From: a virus
Direction: 5' to 3' (one strand)
Virus record (IMG/VR): IMGVR_UViG_3300027754_005988
Coordinates: 1 to 64,000 of that record
DNA length: 64,000 nucleotides
Shown piece after piece: positions 38,305-48,169 of the stretch. The position numbers and the translations under genes were made by a program. How positions within the stretch are numbered: the stretch's first letter is position 1; each line of letters starts with the position of its first letter. The notes beneath the pieces were generated by a model that saw only the letters and a program-made list of their open reading frames with translations, had not been told where the DNA came from and did not search any database.

Positions 38305-38709
38305 ATGAAAAAAATTATAATAACATCATCTCAATATAATAAAATATTATTACATGAACAACATGCTCGTTTATCAAATAATATATTAAATGAAAATGTT
38401 AATGAAATACTTATGGGGTTTTCTAAATTAATAAAAATACCACTTACTGGTTTAAATAAAATAAAAAGTGAGTCTGATTTAAAAAATAAAGATGTAATAT
38501 TAAAAATAAAAAATACACTAGAAGATAAAAATAAATTAAAAGATTTAGTTAAATTATTATCTGATAAAAGTGGAAATGAAGAAATTAAAATTAAGTTAGC
38601 AAATAATGCTCAAACTATAATTGATGATTATAATTATTTAGCAACAAAAAATGGTTTAAAAGATATGTTAGGGTTAGATGCTTTAACTAATCTTAAGGAA
38701 TTAGTTTAA
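38305..38709 (+). CDS. Hypothetical protein (MKKIIIT.. N-terminus)
   Basis: Start reassigned to 38305, because the track start at 38269 lies in the terminator T-tail and upstream of TATTTATA at 38282. Confidence 0.6.
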   Translation: MKKIIITSSQYNKILLHEQHARLSNNILNENVNEILMGFSKLIKIPLTGLNKIKSESDLKNKDVILKIKNTLEDKNKLKDLVKLLSDKSGNEEIKIKLANNAQTIIDDYNYLATKNGLKDMLGLDALTNLKELV

Positions 38710-40243
38710 TATATTTTATAGTACCGCAATCATATATTCTATATATACCCCTATCTAACATAATCTGATGTTCAGTTTTAGAATGGTCATATCCTTCTTT
38801 AACTAAAACATCTTTTCTATACTTATACCTATTTTCTCTTTTTATGTTATTTATATAAAAGTAATTAGGTTTGGTATTGTTATGTTTTTTAAATCCTAAT
38901 TTTTCATATAAATTACCTAGACTCCATCGTCTATCAGCATAACTAATTATTTCTTTAGGTTTATAGTCTTTAATAAAATTTTTTAATAATTTATCAGCAC
39001 CACCAATAACAGTAGTATTTAGTTTATTACAAAATCTAATTAACTCATACGAATCTTCTTTATGGTTTAACCCTAATGATTTCCTTAGACCACCAAACGT
39101 CATTAAACTAACCAATTCAGAACCATAATATAATCCTAATCTAATTGTTGAATTAACATTTCCTTGAATATGATTATTATCTAAAAATAATTTTGAATTT
39201 TTAGAAGATACTTCTTTAATTACACACTTTCTACCAAATATTTTATTTGAAGTTACACCTAAAATATTGCTTAATCTTGATTTAACAATATCTTTTTTAG
39301 TTAACCATTCATCTTCAAAAATGTGTATTAGTTGTATTCCTAATTTTTCACATTCATTTGTTTTATTTAAATGATATTTATCATCTTTATAAATTTCAGA
39401 ATGCCAATATAATCCATTATACTCAATAGCTAAATTATGTGATGGTAGGTATATATCTAATTCTTTACCATTAAGTATTTTTCTATTACTTTTAATAGTT
39501 ATAGTATTTAATGAATTAATAAACTCAATTATTTCATTTTCTGGATAACTTATATTGTTTTTTATATCAACACAGGTTTTACAAATTGGTATTTCATTTT
39601 TAAACCTATAGTTTAATTCATTATTGTTAAATTCACTTAATTCATTACATGTATTACATTTAACAGTATAAAATCCATTCTCATTATTTAATATATTTAT
39701 TTTAACATATTTTTCTTTATTTTCAATTCTAATTTTGCTAGATTTAGATTGTGCTGGATATTCGGTATTATATTTTTTAATTGAACCTTCTTTAAAGATA
39801 GCTTTAACTCTATCCAATTTCATAACATTATCAACACCATACCTAGCTATATTGGTTTTTATAGTCTTTAATTTAACTTCTTCCGAAAAAAATGGTGTAG
39901 CACCACCATATATGGTTTTATTTGTTTCTTTTACTTTTTCAATATGGTTATTATTTTTATTGGTACATTTTAATGAACAATATTTACCATAACCATTATT
40001 TAATGATTTACCAAATTTCAATAACTTATCACATTCTAAACATTTAGGTTGTATTGTTTCATTATTTATAAAAAACCATATTTTTTCTTTAAATGAATAG
40101 TTAGATAATGAATATTTTTCAGAATATTTAATAACTTCATTGAATATATCTATAAATTTATTTTTTAATTTATCTTCACAGGTTTTCCAACCAGATTTAT
40201 TATTATTTAAAAAAAAATCTTTATATTTTATATTATTTTCCAT
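38693..40243 (-). CDS. Free-standing endonuclease: Zn-ribbon/TN..RYG repeats, a Vsr/DUF559-type nuclease and a Mom-like GNAT domain
   Basis: Minus strand checked against the raw sequence; C-terminal ~270 aa closely paralogous to 12858-14315; different N-terminus. Confidence 0.75.
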   Translation of the reverse strand: MENNIKYKDFFLNNNKSGWKTCEDKLKNKFIDIFNEVIKYSEKYSLSNYSFKEKIWFFINNETIQPKCLECDKLLKFGKSLNNGYGKYCSLKCTNKNNNHIEKVKETNKTIYGGATPFFSEEVKLKTIKTNIARYGVDNVMKLDRVKAIFKEGSIKKYNTEYPAQSKSSKIRIENKEKYVKINILNNENGFYTVKCNTCNELSEFNNNELNYRFKNEIPICKTCVDIKNNISYPENEIIEFINSLNTITIKSNRKILNGKELDIYLPSHNLAIEYNGLYWHSEIYKDDKYHLNKTNECEKLGIQLIHIFEDEWLTKKDIVKSRLSNILGVTSNKIFGRKCVIKEVSSKNSKLFLDNNHIQGNVNSTIRLGLYYGSELVSLMTFGGLRKSLGLNHKEDSYELIRFCNKLNTTVIGGADKLLKNFIKDYKPKEIISYADRRWSLGNLYEKLGFKKHNNTKPNYFYINNIKRENRYKYRKDVLVKEGYDHSKTEHQIMLDRGIYRIYDCGTIKYIKLIP

Positions 40244-40323
40244 TTATAGATATTTATTAACAAAGATACTAATATTTATCTGTAAATAAAATAAAAATAA
40301 CACAAAATTAAAAAAATATCACA

Positions 40324-40812
40324 ATGGCTGACTTATTAATGAAAATGCCCTTACCATACGAACCTAAGAAAAAGAATCGTTGGTTACTTACATTCCCAGC
40401 TGACCTTGGTATCCAACAGTGGTGGTTATCATCAGCATCAAGACCTTCAATTTCACAACAAGAGGTTGAGATTCCGTTCTTAAATACATCTACATGGGTT
40501 ATTGGTAGATTTACATGGGAATCAATTGATGTAACATTCCGTGACCCAATTGGTCCTTCTGCTGCACAAGCAATTATGGAATGGGTACGTTTACATTCAG
40601 AATCAATTACAGGTCGTCAAGGATACGCAGCTGGTTACAAAAGACCTGTTGACCTTGAAATGCTTGACCCGACTGGTGTTGTTATTGAGAAATGGTTATT
40701 AGATGGAACTATGTTAACAAACGTATCATTTGGTGATTTATCAATGGATGATGATGGTATTGCTGAGATTACCGCAACATTAAGATTTGACAGAGCTATA
40801 TTGCTGTTTTAA
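40324..40812 (+). CDS. Tail tube protein (T4 gp19-like)
   Basis: YEPKKKNRW..SASRPSI..GRFTWESIDVTFRD..LEMLDPTGVVIEKW..ATLRFD. Confidence 0.9.
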   Translation: MADLLMKMPLPYEPKKKNRWLLTFPADLGIQQWWLSSASRPSISQQEVEIPFLNTSTWVIGRFTWESIDVTFRDPIGPSAAQAIMEWVRLHSESITGRQGYAAGYKRPVDLEMLDPTGVVIEKWLLDGTMLTNVSFGDLSMDDDGIAEITATLRFDRAILLF

Positions 40813-40861
40813 TAACTATCTGATAATTAAACACTTATAAAGTTTAATAAAAAAAATAATT

Positions 40862-41620
40862 ATGAGAAGATTTGATAAAAAACACAATTTAGAAAAAGCT
40901 AATTTATTGGCTGAAGCAAGATATCTAGAATCTAAAGGATTGCTTAACGAATATGATAGGGGTCAATTTGATTCTAAGTATTATAATTTAGATAAAGAAA
41001 GAAAAGAAAAAATAATTGATTATTCTAAAGAAAGACAAATAAGAGATGGTTTAAAATTTAAAGGTTTAAATCAAAAACATGAATATTTTTTTTTAAAGGA
41101 TGATATTAACATATATTATTTTAAAGATAATGAAATAGAACCTCTAATAACAACAATGAAAAATTTAGGTGATTTTTTTAAAGAGTTTAACCCAAATCAT
41201 GGTGGCTCTAATTTATCATATCTTATTCAGAAATATAAAATAAGACATGAATTTGTTGATTTTGATAAAAAAAACTTAAAAGATTCTATAAAATTAACTG
41301 TTAGAGGTAGTATAAACAATGTATTAGCACCGTCTTTGTTCAATGATGGTGAATTAAGCTTTGATATTGATATGGTTGGTAATTTAAAAAAACAAAGTGA
41401 TAAATATACACCACCGTTTATTCTTGATATACCTACAATTCAAGTAAGGAGTATGTCTGGTGGTGACAGAGGTGTTATCATCCCTATCGATGCAAAGAAT
41501 GCTATTATGTTTAATAATATTATTAAAGACAAAATACTTGAAAGATACGGTAAATTTGATTTTAATAATCCTATTTTTATTAAAGATGTTAAAATCGATA
41601 GAAACGCAACAGTAAAATAG
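40862..41620 (+). CDS. Hypothetical protein
   Basis: 252 aa; N-terminus MRRFDKKHNLEKANLLAE. Confidence 0.7.
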   Translation: MRRFDKKHNLEKANLLAEARYLESKGLLNEYDRGQFDSKYYNLDKERKEKIIDYSKERQIRDGLKFKGLNQKHEYFFLKDDINIYYFKDNEIEPLITTMKNLGDFFKEFNPNHGGSNLSYLIQKYKIRHEFVDFDKKNLKDSIKLTVRGSINNVLAPSLFNDGELSFDIDMVGNLKKQSDKYTPPFILDIPTIQVRSMSGGDRGVIIPIDAKNAIMFNNIIKDKILERYGKFDFNNPIFIKDVKIDRNATVK

Positions 41621-41641
41621 TATAATAATATTTAAAATATT

Positions 41642-41676
41642 AACCATCCATAATTAATACTTATGGGTGGTTTTTT
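41642..41676 (+). terminator. Intrinsic terminator
   Basis: AACCATCCATAA..TTATGGGTGGTT followed by TTTT. Confidence 0.75.
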
Positions 41677-41762
41677 ATTTTATATGCTTTCTATTTACAA
41701 AAAAACGTATTAATATATATTTATCTATAGTGTTATAATAAAAATAATTAATAAGTTTTAAT

Positions 41763-43070
41763 ATGGATAAAAAACCACAGGTATTCCCTACCCAAGAACA
41801 AATGAATGCACGTAAGTCTGAAGAAGCTAAAATAGCTGCTTTTGAAGCTGAAAAAGCACAAGCAACTAACGAGATATATCATTCAGCAGCCACACAACAA
41901 GATACACCAAAAGTACATTATGATGCTGTAGAAGCAATGAGGCTTAGAACAGAAAAACAATTATCTGATTTAAAAAATAATGGTACTGTAACTAACCCTT
42001 ATTTATTTGATAATAATGATATTAACTCAATAAATAATGAACAAATGAGACTTCGTGATGAACAGTTACGAAAGAATCAAGAAAACACTATTAAGTATCA
42101 ACAAATGGCTAACGAATCAGCGGCTAGAAACAATAATAATCAGAATACCAATTCTGGGTTTTATCAACCTAATACACAACAAAATATGAATCAAAATACA
42201 CAAAGTGTATCTAATAATTATAATGATAATTATATACCACCAACACCTCCATCAGTTCCTCCAACTAATAATTTTGAGAACTATGGTCAAAACCCTTCAA
42301 ATATAAACCCTTATATTGCTGAAATTAGTCAACCTAACTATAACGCACCATTTGATGTTATTCCATTACCATCACAAGGTAAATTATATCCTAGTAAAAA
42401 AGCTAACATCAAAATTGCTTATATGACAACAGCTGATGAAAATATTCTTAGTAGCCCTAATTTATTAGCAAGTGGTGAATTTTTAGAGATATTGATAAAT
42501 AGAAAGATACTAGAACCAAGTTTAAGATATAAAGATTTAACAGTTGGTGATAGAAATGCTATTATGATTTGGTTAAGAGCTACTGGTTATGGTGAAATGT
42601 ATCCAGTTACCATTTATGATGAAAATAGTAACCCTTTTGATACTGATATTAATTTACAAGACCTTAAAACAAAAAATCTTGGCGCTGAACCAGATGCTGA
42701 AGGATTGTTTGATTTTACACTTCCTTTATCCAAATCTAAAATTAAATTTAAATTTTTAACATGTGGTGATGTGGATAATATTGAAAGAATGGTTGAGGCT
42801 GATAAAGCAAATAACATTCCAGTTGATAGTTCTAGTACTTATACTTTAGAAAGAATGATTGTTGAAGTTAACGGTGATAGAAATAGACAAGTTATTAAAG
42901 ACTTTGCTAACTCAATTAGAGTTGGTGATGGAAAAGCAATAAGTGATTACTCATCACAAATAGAAAGTGGTGTTGATTTAAATATAACCGTTAAGACTCC
43001 TGGAGGTGGGTCTATTGCCACCTTTCTTCCGCTTAACATGCGATTTTTTTGGCCTAACATCAAATTATAA
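41763..43070 (+). CDS. Tail/baseplate hub assembly chaperone (T4 gp26-like)
   Basis: FDVIPLPSQGKLYP..IAYMTTADENIL; low-complexity Q/N-rich N-terminus; ends RFFWPNIKL. Confidence 0.7.
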   Translation: MDKKPQVFPTQEQMNARKSEEAKIAAFEAEKAQATNEIYHSAATQQDTPKVHYDAVEAMRLRTEKQLSDLKNNGTVTNPYLFDNNDINSINNEQMRLRDEQLRKNQENTIKYQQMANESAARNNNNQNTNSGFYQPNTQQNMNQNTQSVSNNYNDNYIPPTPPSVPPTNNFENYGQNPSNINPYIAEISQPNYNAPFDVIPLPSQGKLYPSKKANIKIAYMTTADENILSSPNLLASGEFLEILINRKILEPSLRYKDLTVGDRNAIMIWLRATGYGEMYPVTIYDENSNPFDTDINLQDLKTKNLGAEPDAEGLFDFTLPLSKSKIKFKFLTCGDVDNIERMVEADKANNIPVDSSSTYTLERMIVEVNGDRNRQVIKDFANSIRVGDGKAISDYSSQIESGVDLNITVKTPGGGSIATFLPLNMRFFWPNIKL

Positions 43071-43329
43071 AATACCATTGTTGGAAGAAATCTGGATTTG
43101 TACTCAACATATGAAAAATATTAGTTATTCAGATGTTTTAGCAATGCCTACTTATGAACGAAGATATTTTTTAGGTTTATTAACTAAAGATTATAAACAA
43201 AAAGAAGAACAATTAGAAGAGATGAAAACAAAACAAACTACTTCTAATTCAAAAGGTAAACGAACAACAAGTGTTTCTGGTGACCAATTAAAAAATAAAA
43301 TGAAATCTGGTGAGATACCATTAAAATAA
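43051..43329 (+). CDS. gp51/T-like extension, probably reached by a frameshift from the upstream chaperone
   Basis: The +1 frame is open across TTTTTTT at 43044-43050; ISYSDVLAMPTYERRYFLGLL resembles gp51/T-type ..MP.ER..L. Confidence 0.6.
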   Translation, partial: GLTSNYKIPLLEEIWICTQHMKNISYSDVLAMPTYERRYFLGLLTKDYKQKEEQLEEMKTKQTTSNSKGKRTTSVSGDQLKNKMKSGEIPLK

Positions 43330-43330
43330 T

Positions 43331-43356
43331 AAAATCCCCAATTATTGGGGATTTTT
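43331..43356 (+). terminator. Intrinsic terminator
   Basis: AAAATCCCCAA-TTA-TTGGGGATTTTT. Confidence 0.85.
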
Positions 43357-43387
43357 AGTTTAACAGATATTTATAAATAAAATTAAT

Positions 43388-44857
43388 ATGAAAAAAATAA
43401 TTTTAACAGAAAAACAATATAAAGCTTTAGAACAATATATTGAAGAGGCTAGACAAGAAAAGGCCCCTATATCTTTAAAACCGCTTTTTGATAAGAACCC
43501 TACAGCCAAATTTTTTAGTGTTGTACAAAGGTTAAAAACTGGTGGTGATGCTGATTACTATTTTGAACTTGTTGAACAAAATGGGTTTAAAATGGTTAAA
43601 GATATAAATAAAATGGGTAAAACAAAAAATTGTTTAGGTGATTTACATTTAGATACAATGTTATATGGTAACCAAGTTAAAATAGTTTTTAATCAATGTG
43701 GTGAAAGAACAATCAATAATGTTATCGCTGTTAATTTATATGCCACTATTGAAGACCTTAAAAGTGATAAAATATTAGATAAAAAAGAATTAGAACATGA
43801 ATTTGATACCACAGTTGGTGGATTAGCAAATATATATTATGACCGTTTAAAAGCAACACCTATTGATAAACACATTTATATTGATAGTAAAAACAAATGG
43901 GATGGTATTGTTACTAGAAAAACAGCAAATGAGATAGAAATAGAGCTGTTTAAGCATGGTATACCAATTAATGAGGCTGATGATTCAGAAATGTCTTGGA
44001 ACGTTAAACCAACGCAAGATAAAGAGGTAGAGAATAAACCAAAACCTAAACAAAAATCTATTATATTAACAATAGATTTATCAAGCAATCCATTTTATGA
44101 AGAAGATGGTCAATTAATGTTTAAAGGTGTTAGTTATGATAGAGCTACAGATAAAAAAACTGATTTTGTAATACCAGTTAAAAAATTTGATACCAATGTT
44201 GAACCACCAAAACAAAAAGAAGAACCAAAAGCTGATGGTGAAGAATTACCAGTTGGTGAAGAACCAGAAGAAGAAGAAAAAAAATCTGAGGAAGAAATAG
44301 CTGCTGATTTAAAAAGAACTTATGATTTAATTTTAAAAGACCCATTATTACAAAAAGCTTTTTATGATAAAAAGAGCCAAGGTGTTTTGAATTATTTTAT
44401 GGCTGCTCTTAAGGGTAAAAAAGCATATGGTAAAGGAATAATTCATACTTTAGATTTAATAAATGATTACAGTAGAAATAAAGTACAAAAAGATTTAAAC
44501 GCTGAATTTATAATGGGTAAAAAAGTATTTTTTGAACCTTATCAAAAACCTATTAGCATTACATATGATTCAAAATCATTTCAATTAGACACAGGTAAAA
44601 AATATTATGGTGTTGTTAGAAGATTTAAAACTGGTGATGAGCATTACATTATAGATAATAAAGCTGAAAAGTTTAAAGTAATTGTTAAATCTAAAACAAA
44701 TATTGAAGATGTTTATAAATGCAATGTAATAAAATATACTACAAAATCTGATGGTAAATTATCGAAAGAATATCCTAAAGAAGATGTGTTTATTAAATTA
44801 TATAAAGGAAATGAAAGTGATGGTTATAAACCAATAGAAAATAAAACAAAAAAATAA
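43388..44857 (+). CDS. Hypothetical protein (MKKIILT.. N-terminus)
   Basis: 489 aa, TATTTATA at 43368. Confidence 0.75.
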   Translation: MKKIILTEKQYKALEQYIEEARQEKAPISLKPLFDKNPTAKFFSVVQRLKTGGDADYYFELVEQNGFKMVKDINKMGKTKNCLGDLHLDTMLYGNQVKIVFNQCGERTINNVIAVNLYATIEDLKSDKILDKKELEHEFDTTVGGLANIYYDRLKATPIDKHIYIDSKNKWDGIVTRKTANEIEIELFKHGIPINEADDSEMSWNVKPTQDKEVENKPKPKQKSIILTIDLSSNPFYEEDGQLMFKGVSYDRATDKKTDFVIPVKKFDTNVEPPKQKEEPKADGEELPVGEEPEEEEKKSEEEIAADLKRTYDLILKDPLLQKAFYDKKSQGVLNYFMAALKGKKAYGKGIIHTLDLINDYSRNKVQKDLNAEFIMGKKVFFEPYQKPISITYDSKSFQLDTGKKYYGVVRRFKTGDEHYIIDNKAEKFKVIVKSKTNIEDVYKCNVIKYTTKSDGKLSKEYPKEDVFIKLYKGNESDGYKPIENKTKK

Positions 44858-44866
44858 TTTAACTAT

Positions 44867-47305
44867 ATGGCATTGACACCAGATGAAATAGAAAAAGTCC
44901 TTAATTTATTAAAAAAGCAAGCTGAACAACAACAGGAAATCAACAGTGGGTTAGATGGTTATATAAAAGCATTAAAAACTGCTAATGATATAAATGAAAC
45001 CATTGCTCGTAATAGAAAGATTCAGGCAGAGTTACAACAAAATATCAATAAACTTCATGGCCAAGCTAAAATTGATGAACAAGATAAGTTAAATGCACTT
45101 AGGGAACAAACTCTTGAACTAGTTAGGCAAGGAAAAGTATTAAGAGATAATCTTAAAGACGCTAACAAATATAAGATGACATTTGGCGCTATGGGCGCTA
45201 GTATTGCTAAGGGATTTGGTTCATTACCTGGTCTTTTTCAAAATTCTTTTGGTAAATTAAAAGGTTATGGATTGTTTGAAATGGATAAAGCCATTAAACA
45301 ATCTGCCTTGGATATGGGATTGGTTGGTGCAAGAGCGAAGGGTTTATCCACATCTATTCGTGAATCAGCATTAACGACTACTAAATGGGGTATGGGTGTT
45401 AAAGAACTATCTAAATTACAATCATCATATAGTGAAGAATTAGGTAGAACAGTAATGATGGGTAATTCTGGTTTAGAAGCAATATCCGCAATGGGTGTTG
45501 CAACTGGATTAGGCGCTGAAGGTGCTGGTAAGTTAACAGCTGAAATGAATAATCAGGGCTTATCTGCTGAGCGTACAGCTAACTTCATGAAGCAAACCAT
45601 GAATGACTCCACTAAGATGGGTCTTAACACGTCTAAGGTCGTTAAAAACATTCAGAACAACATGAAGTTGTTGAATAAGTATGGTTTTAAGGGTGGTATT
45701 AAAGGATTAGCTAAAATGGCTCAAACAACATCTAAATTAGGTGTTGATATGAACTTTGTTGCTGGAATGGCTGAAAAGTTGTTTGATATTGAAGGTGCTG
45801 TTGATATGTCTGCACAATTGCAAGTTATGGGTGGCGAATGGGCTAAATTAGCTGACCCATTTAAGCTGATGTACATGGCTCGTAATGACATGGAAGGGTT
45901 AACTGAAGCAATGGGTCATGCAGCTGCTTCATCGGCTCATTTTAACTCTGAAACTAAAGAATTTGAAATATCAGCTTTAGAGATGCATAAGTTACGTAAA
46001 ATAGCTGAACAAACAGGTGTTTCATATGATGACTTGGCAAAAGCTGGTAAAAACGCTGCTAAATTTAGTAAAATAGAACAACAAATTGGTTTTAGTTTTG
46101 GTGGTGGTAAAGAAGGTAAAGAAATTAAAGACTTCTTAACTAGTACCGCTGAAATGGATGAAAAAGGAAAAGCATTTATCATTGATATGAAAGGTGATAA
46201 ACAATATCTTGATAAGGTTAGTAAAGATTTGATTAAAAATCAAATGATTGCAAAACAAGAATTGGCAGATAGAGCAAAAGCTTCTATTACTTTCGATGAA
46301 AAAGTAACCAATTTGATTAACATGATTAAGGTTACTATGATGCCTATTGTTGATGGTATTGATTCAGTGCTTGGACCATTGGTTGAACAATTTCATGATG
46401 AAAAATTCACTGGTGAATTAAAAGAGTTAGGTGTATCCATTGGCGAATTTGTTAAATTTGGTGCAGAGATGGTTAAGGGTGTTGGTGAGTTTGTATTAGC
46501 TATAGGTCCTAAGAGCGCATTAGCTTTATTTTTAACAGGTAAAGCTATTGGTTGGTTATTTGAAAAAGCTAGTTGGATTGCTAATGGATTGTTATTGTCT
46601 CAAGGATTTTTAGCTGGAACAAAATTAGGAGGGTTCATGCAAGGAGGTATGGGGGCTATGGCTAGTACTGCTGGAAAAACACTTGGCGCTGCTGGTGGAG
46701 CAATAACTGGTTTGGGAGTTGGTACGGCAATTGGTGGTGGTGGTAAAGGTGCTATGATTGGTTCTGCTATAGGTACTGGTGTTGGTGCTTTTGGTCAACT
46801 TATAGGTATACCTATGCCGATAGGAATGGCTTTAGGTGGTATGGCTGGTGGTTACCTTGGTGGTATGGCTGATGATTATAATAAACCTGCTAATGATGCT
46901 ATATTTAATTCACCTGTAAATGATGCTAAATTTAGTTTAAAACCTAATTTAGGTGGTGCTTTTTCAAAAGATAGAGCTTTAATGCAAGGTGGTAAGATAA
47001 CACCAATTGATAATAAAGATGATTTATTGGCAATGAAACCAGGTGGAGGTATTATGGACTTTTTAAGTAACATAGTTAGTACCAAAGATAATAATAAAGA
47101 AAACACAAATAAAACTAAAAACATTAAAATTGAATTTAGTCCGTTGATATTTAAATTTGAAGACCTGGTTGTTAAAACAAGTGATGGTCAAAGTACTATA
47201 ATTGCAAAAGAATTGTTAAATAATGAACATTTTAAGAGAGATATTGCAAGAACTGTCCATGTTCAAACACAAAAAGCAATTAATCAAGGAATTTTAAAAG
47301 GTTGA
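44867..47305 (+). CDS. Tape measure protein
   Basis: 812 aa, helical and Ala/Gly-rich; C-terminal Gly-Ala hydrophobic stretch; lies downstream of the tube and chaperone genes. Confidence 0.8.
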   Translation: MALTPDEIEKVLNLLKKQAEQQQEINSGLDGYIKALKTANDINETIARNRKIQAELQQNINKLHGQAKIDEQDKLNALREQTLELVRQGKVLRDNLKDANKYKMTFGAMGASIAKGFGSLPGLFQNSFGKLKGYGLFEMDKAIKQSALDMGLVGARAKGLSTSIRESALTTTKWGMGVKELSKLQSSYSEELGRTVMMGNSGLEAISAMGVATGLGAEGAGKLTAEMNNQGLSAERTANFMKQTMNDSTKMGLNTSKVVKNIQNNMKLLNKYGFKGGIKGLAKMAQTTSKLGVDMNFVAGMAEKLFDIEGAVDMSAQLQVMGGEWAKLADPFKLMYMARNDMEGLTEAMGHAAASSAHFNSETKEFEISALEMHKLRKIAEQTGVSYDDLAKAGKNAAKFSKIEQQIGFSFGGGKEGKEIKDFLTSTAEMDEKGKAFIIDMKGDKQYLDKVSKDLIKNQMIAKQELADRAKASITFDEKVTNLINMIKVTMMPIVDGIDSVLGPLVEQFHDEKFTGELKELGVSIGEFVKFGAEMVKGVGEFVLAIGPKSALALFLTGKAIGWLFEKASWIANGLLLSQGFLAGTKLGGFMQGGMGAMASTAGKTLGAAGGAITGLGVGTAIGGGGKGAMIGSAIGTGVGAFGQLIGIPMPIGMALGGMAGGYLGGMADDYNKPANDAIFNSPVNDAKFSLKPNLGGAFSKDRALMQGGKITPIDNKDDLLAMKPGGGIMDFLSNIVSTKDNNKENTNKTKNIKIEFSPLIFKFEDLVVKTSDGQSTIIAKELLNNEHFKRDIARTVHVQTQKAINQGILKG

Positions 47306-47362
47306 TAATTAATAACTTATTAAATAATTTAAATAATATTATTAAAAATATCATCATACTAC

Positions 47363-47393
47363 TTGACAATGTGGTTTAAAAACGGTTAATTTG
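47363..47393 (+). promoter_or_regulatory. Near-consensus host-type promoter
   Basis: TTG 47363-47365, 20-nt spacer, TTAATTTG 47386-47393 (one mismatch to TAnnTTTG). Confidence 0.5.
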
Positions 47394-47476
47394 CATTAAA
47401 TAAAAATAAAATATATATATAATATATAAATAATATTAATATATAAATAATAATTTAAAAGTATAAAGGGAAAATT

Positions 47477-48034
47477 ATGTTTACAAGAAAAAATCAAACA
47501 ATTTCAAATTTTATTGAATCAATTATTACAGAAGCACAAAGATTAGAGTCTGTATATTCACCACTAACAAATTACACACCTTCAAACTATGTTGGTGAAA
47601 CAAAGACAGAAAGTGGAGTTAATGAAGATGGTACTAAATGGTATAGAACAACATATTCAACAAAAGATGGTTCTTATACACAATCATCATATTTAACAAC
47701 AACAGGGTCTGATACCAATAATTGGTATACAACACCTTCTTTTGAAAAAACAAATACACCAACACAAAATACAACAAATACACCAACTTCTGAAACAACA
47801 TATAAAAAAGTTGATTCAACAATATATCAACTTAGAGAATCTCTAACCAAAGCTGTTGAAAATCAAAATTATGAAGAAGCTGTTAGATTAAGAGATGAAA
47901 TTACAACATACGAAAAAAATAGAGAAGAAATTACTAGTTTAAAACTTCAATTAGAAAAAGCTGTTTCAACACATAATTTTGAAGATGCTATCAAATTTAG
48001 AGATAAAATTAAAAAATTTGAATTTGTAAAATAA
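47477..48034 (+). CDS. Protein with two UVR (UvrB/UvrC-type) coiled-coil motifs
   Basis: LRESLTKAVENQNYEEAVRLRDEI and LKLQLEKAVSTHNFEDAIKFRDKI. Confidence 0.85.
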   Translation: MFTRKNQTISNFIESIITEAQRLESVYSPLTNYTPSNYVGETKTESGVNEDGTKWYRTTYSTKDGSYTQSSYLTTTGSDTNNWYTTPSFEKTNTPTQNTTNTPTSETTYKKVDSTIYQLRESLTKAVENQNYEEAVRLRDEITTYEKNREEITSLKLQLEKAVSTHNFEDAIKFRDKIKKFEFVK

Positions 48035-48063
48035 TTAATATATTTTTATTTTAGAATTAATTT

Positions 48064-48087
48064 AAGACACCAATTGGTGTCTTTTTT
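48064..48087 (+). terminator. Intrinsic terminator
   Basis: Palindrome AAGACACCAATTGGTGTCTT followed by TTTT. Confidence 0.8.
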
Positions 48088-48169
48088 ATTATATACCAAT
48101 TTGTTTTAATAAGTATTTATTTTGTTAAAAATTACATTACACTAGTATTTATATATAAATAAATTAATT

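Noticed and set aside
27144-43006. Track start positions 27144, 38269 and 43006
   Set aside because: 27144 overlaps deep into the upstream gene (27168 gives an ATGA overlap); 38269 is in a terminator tail upstream of the promoter motif; 43006 is an in-frame GTG inside the chaperone gene, better explained by a frameshift
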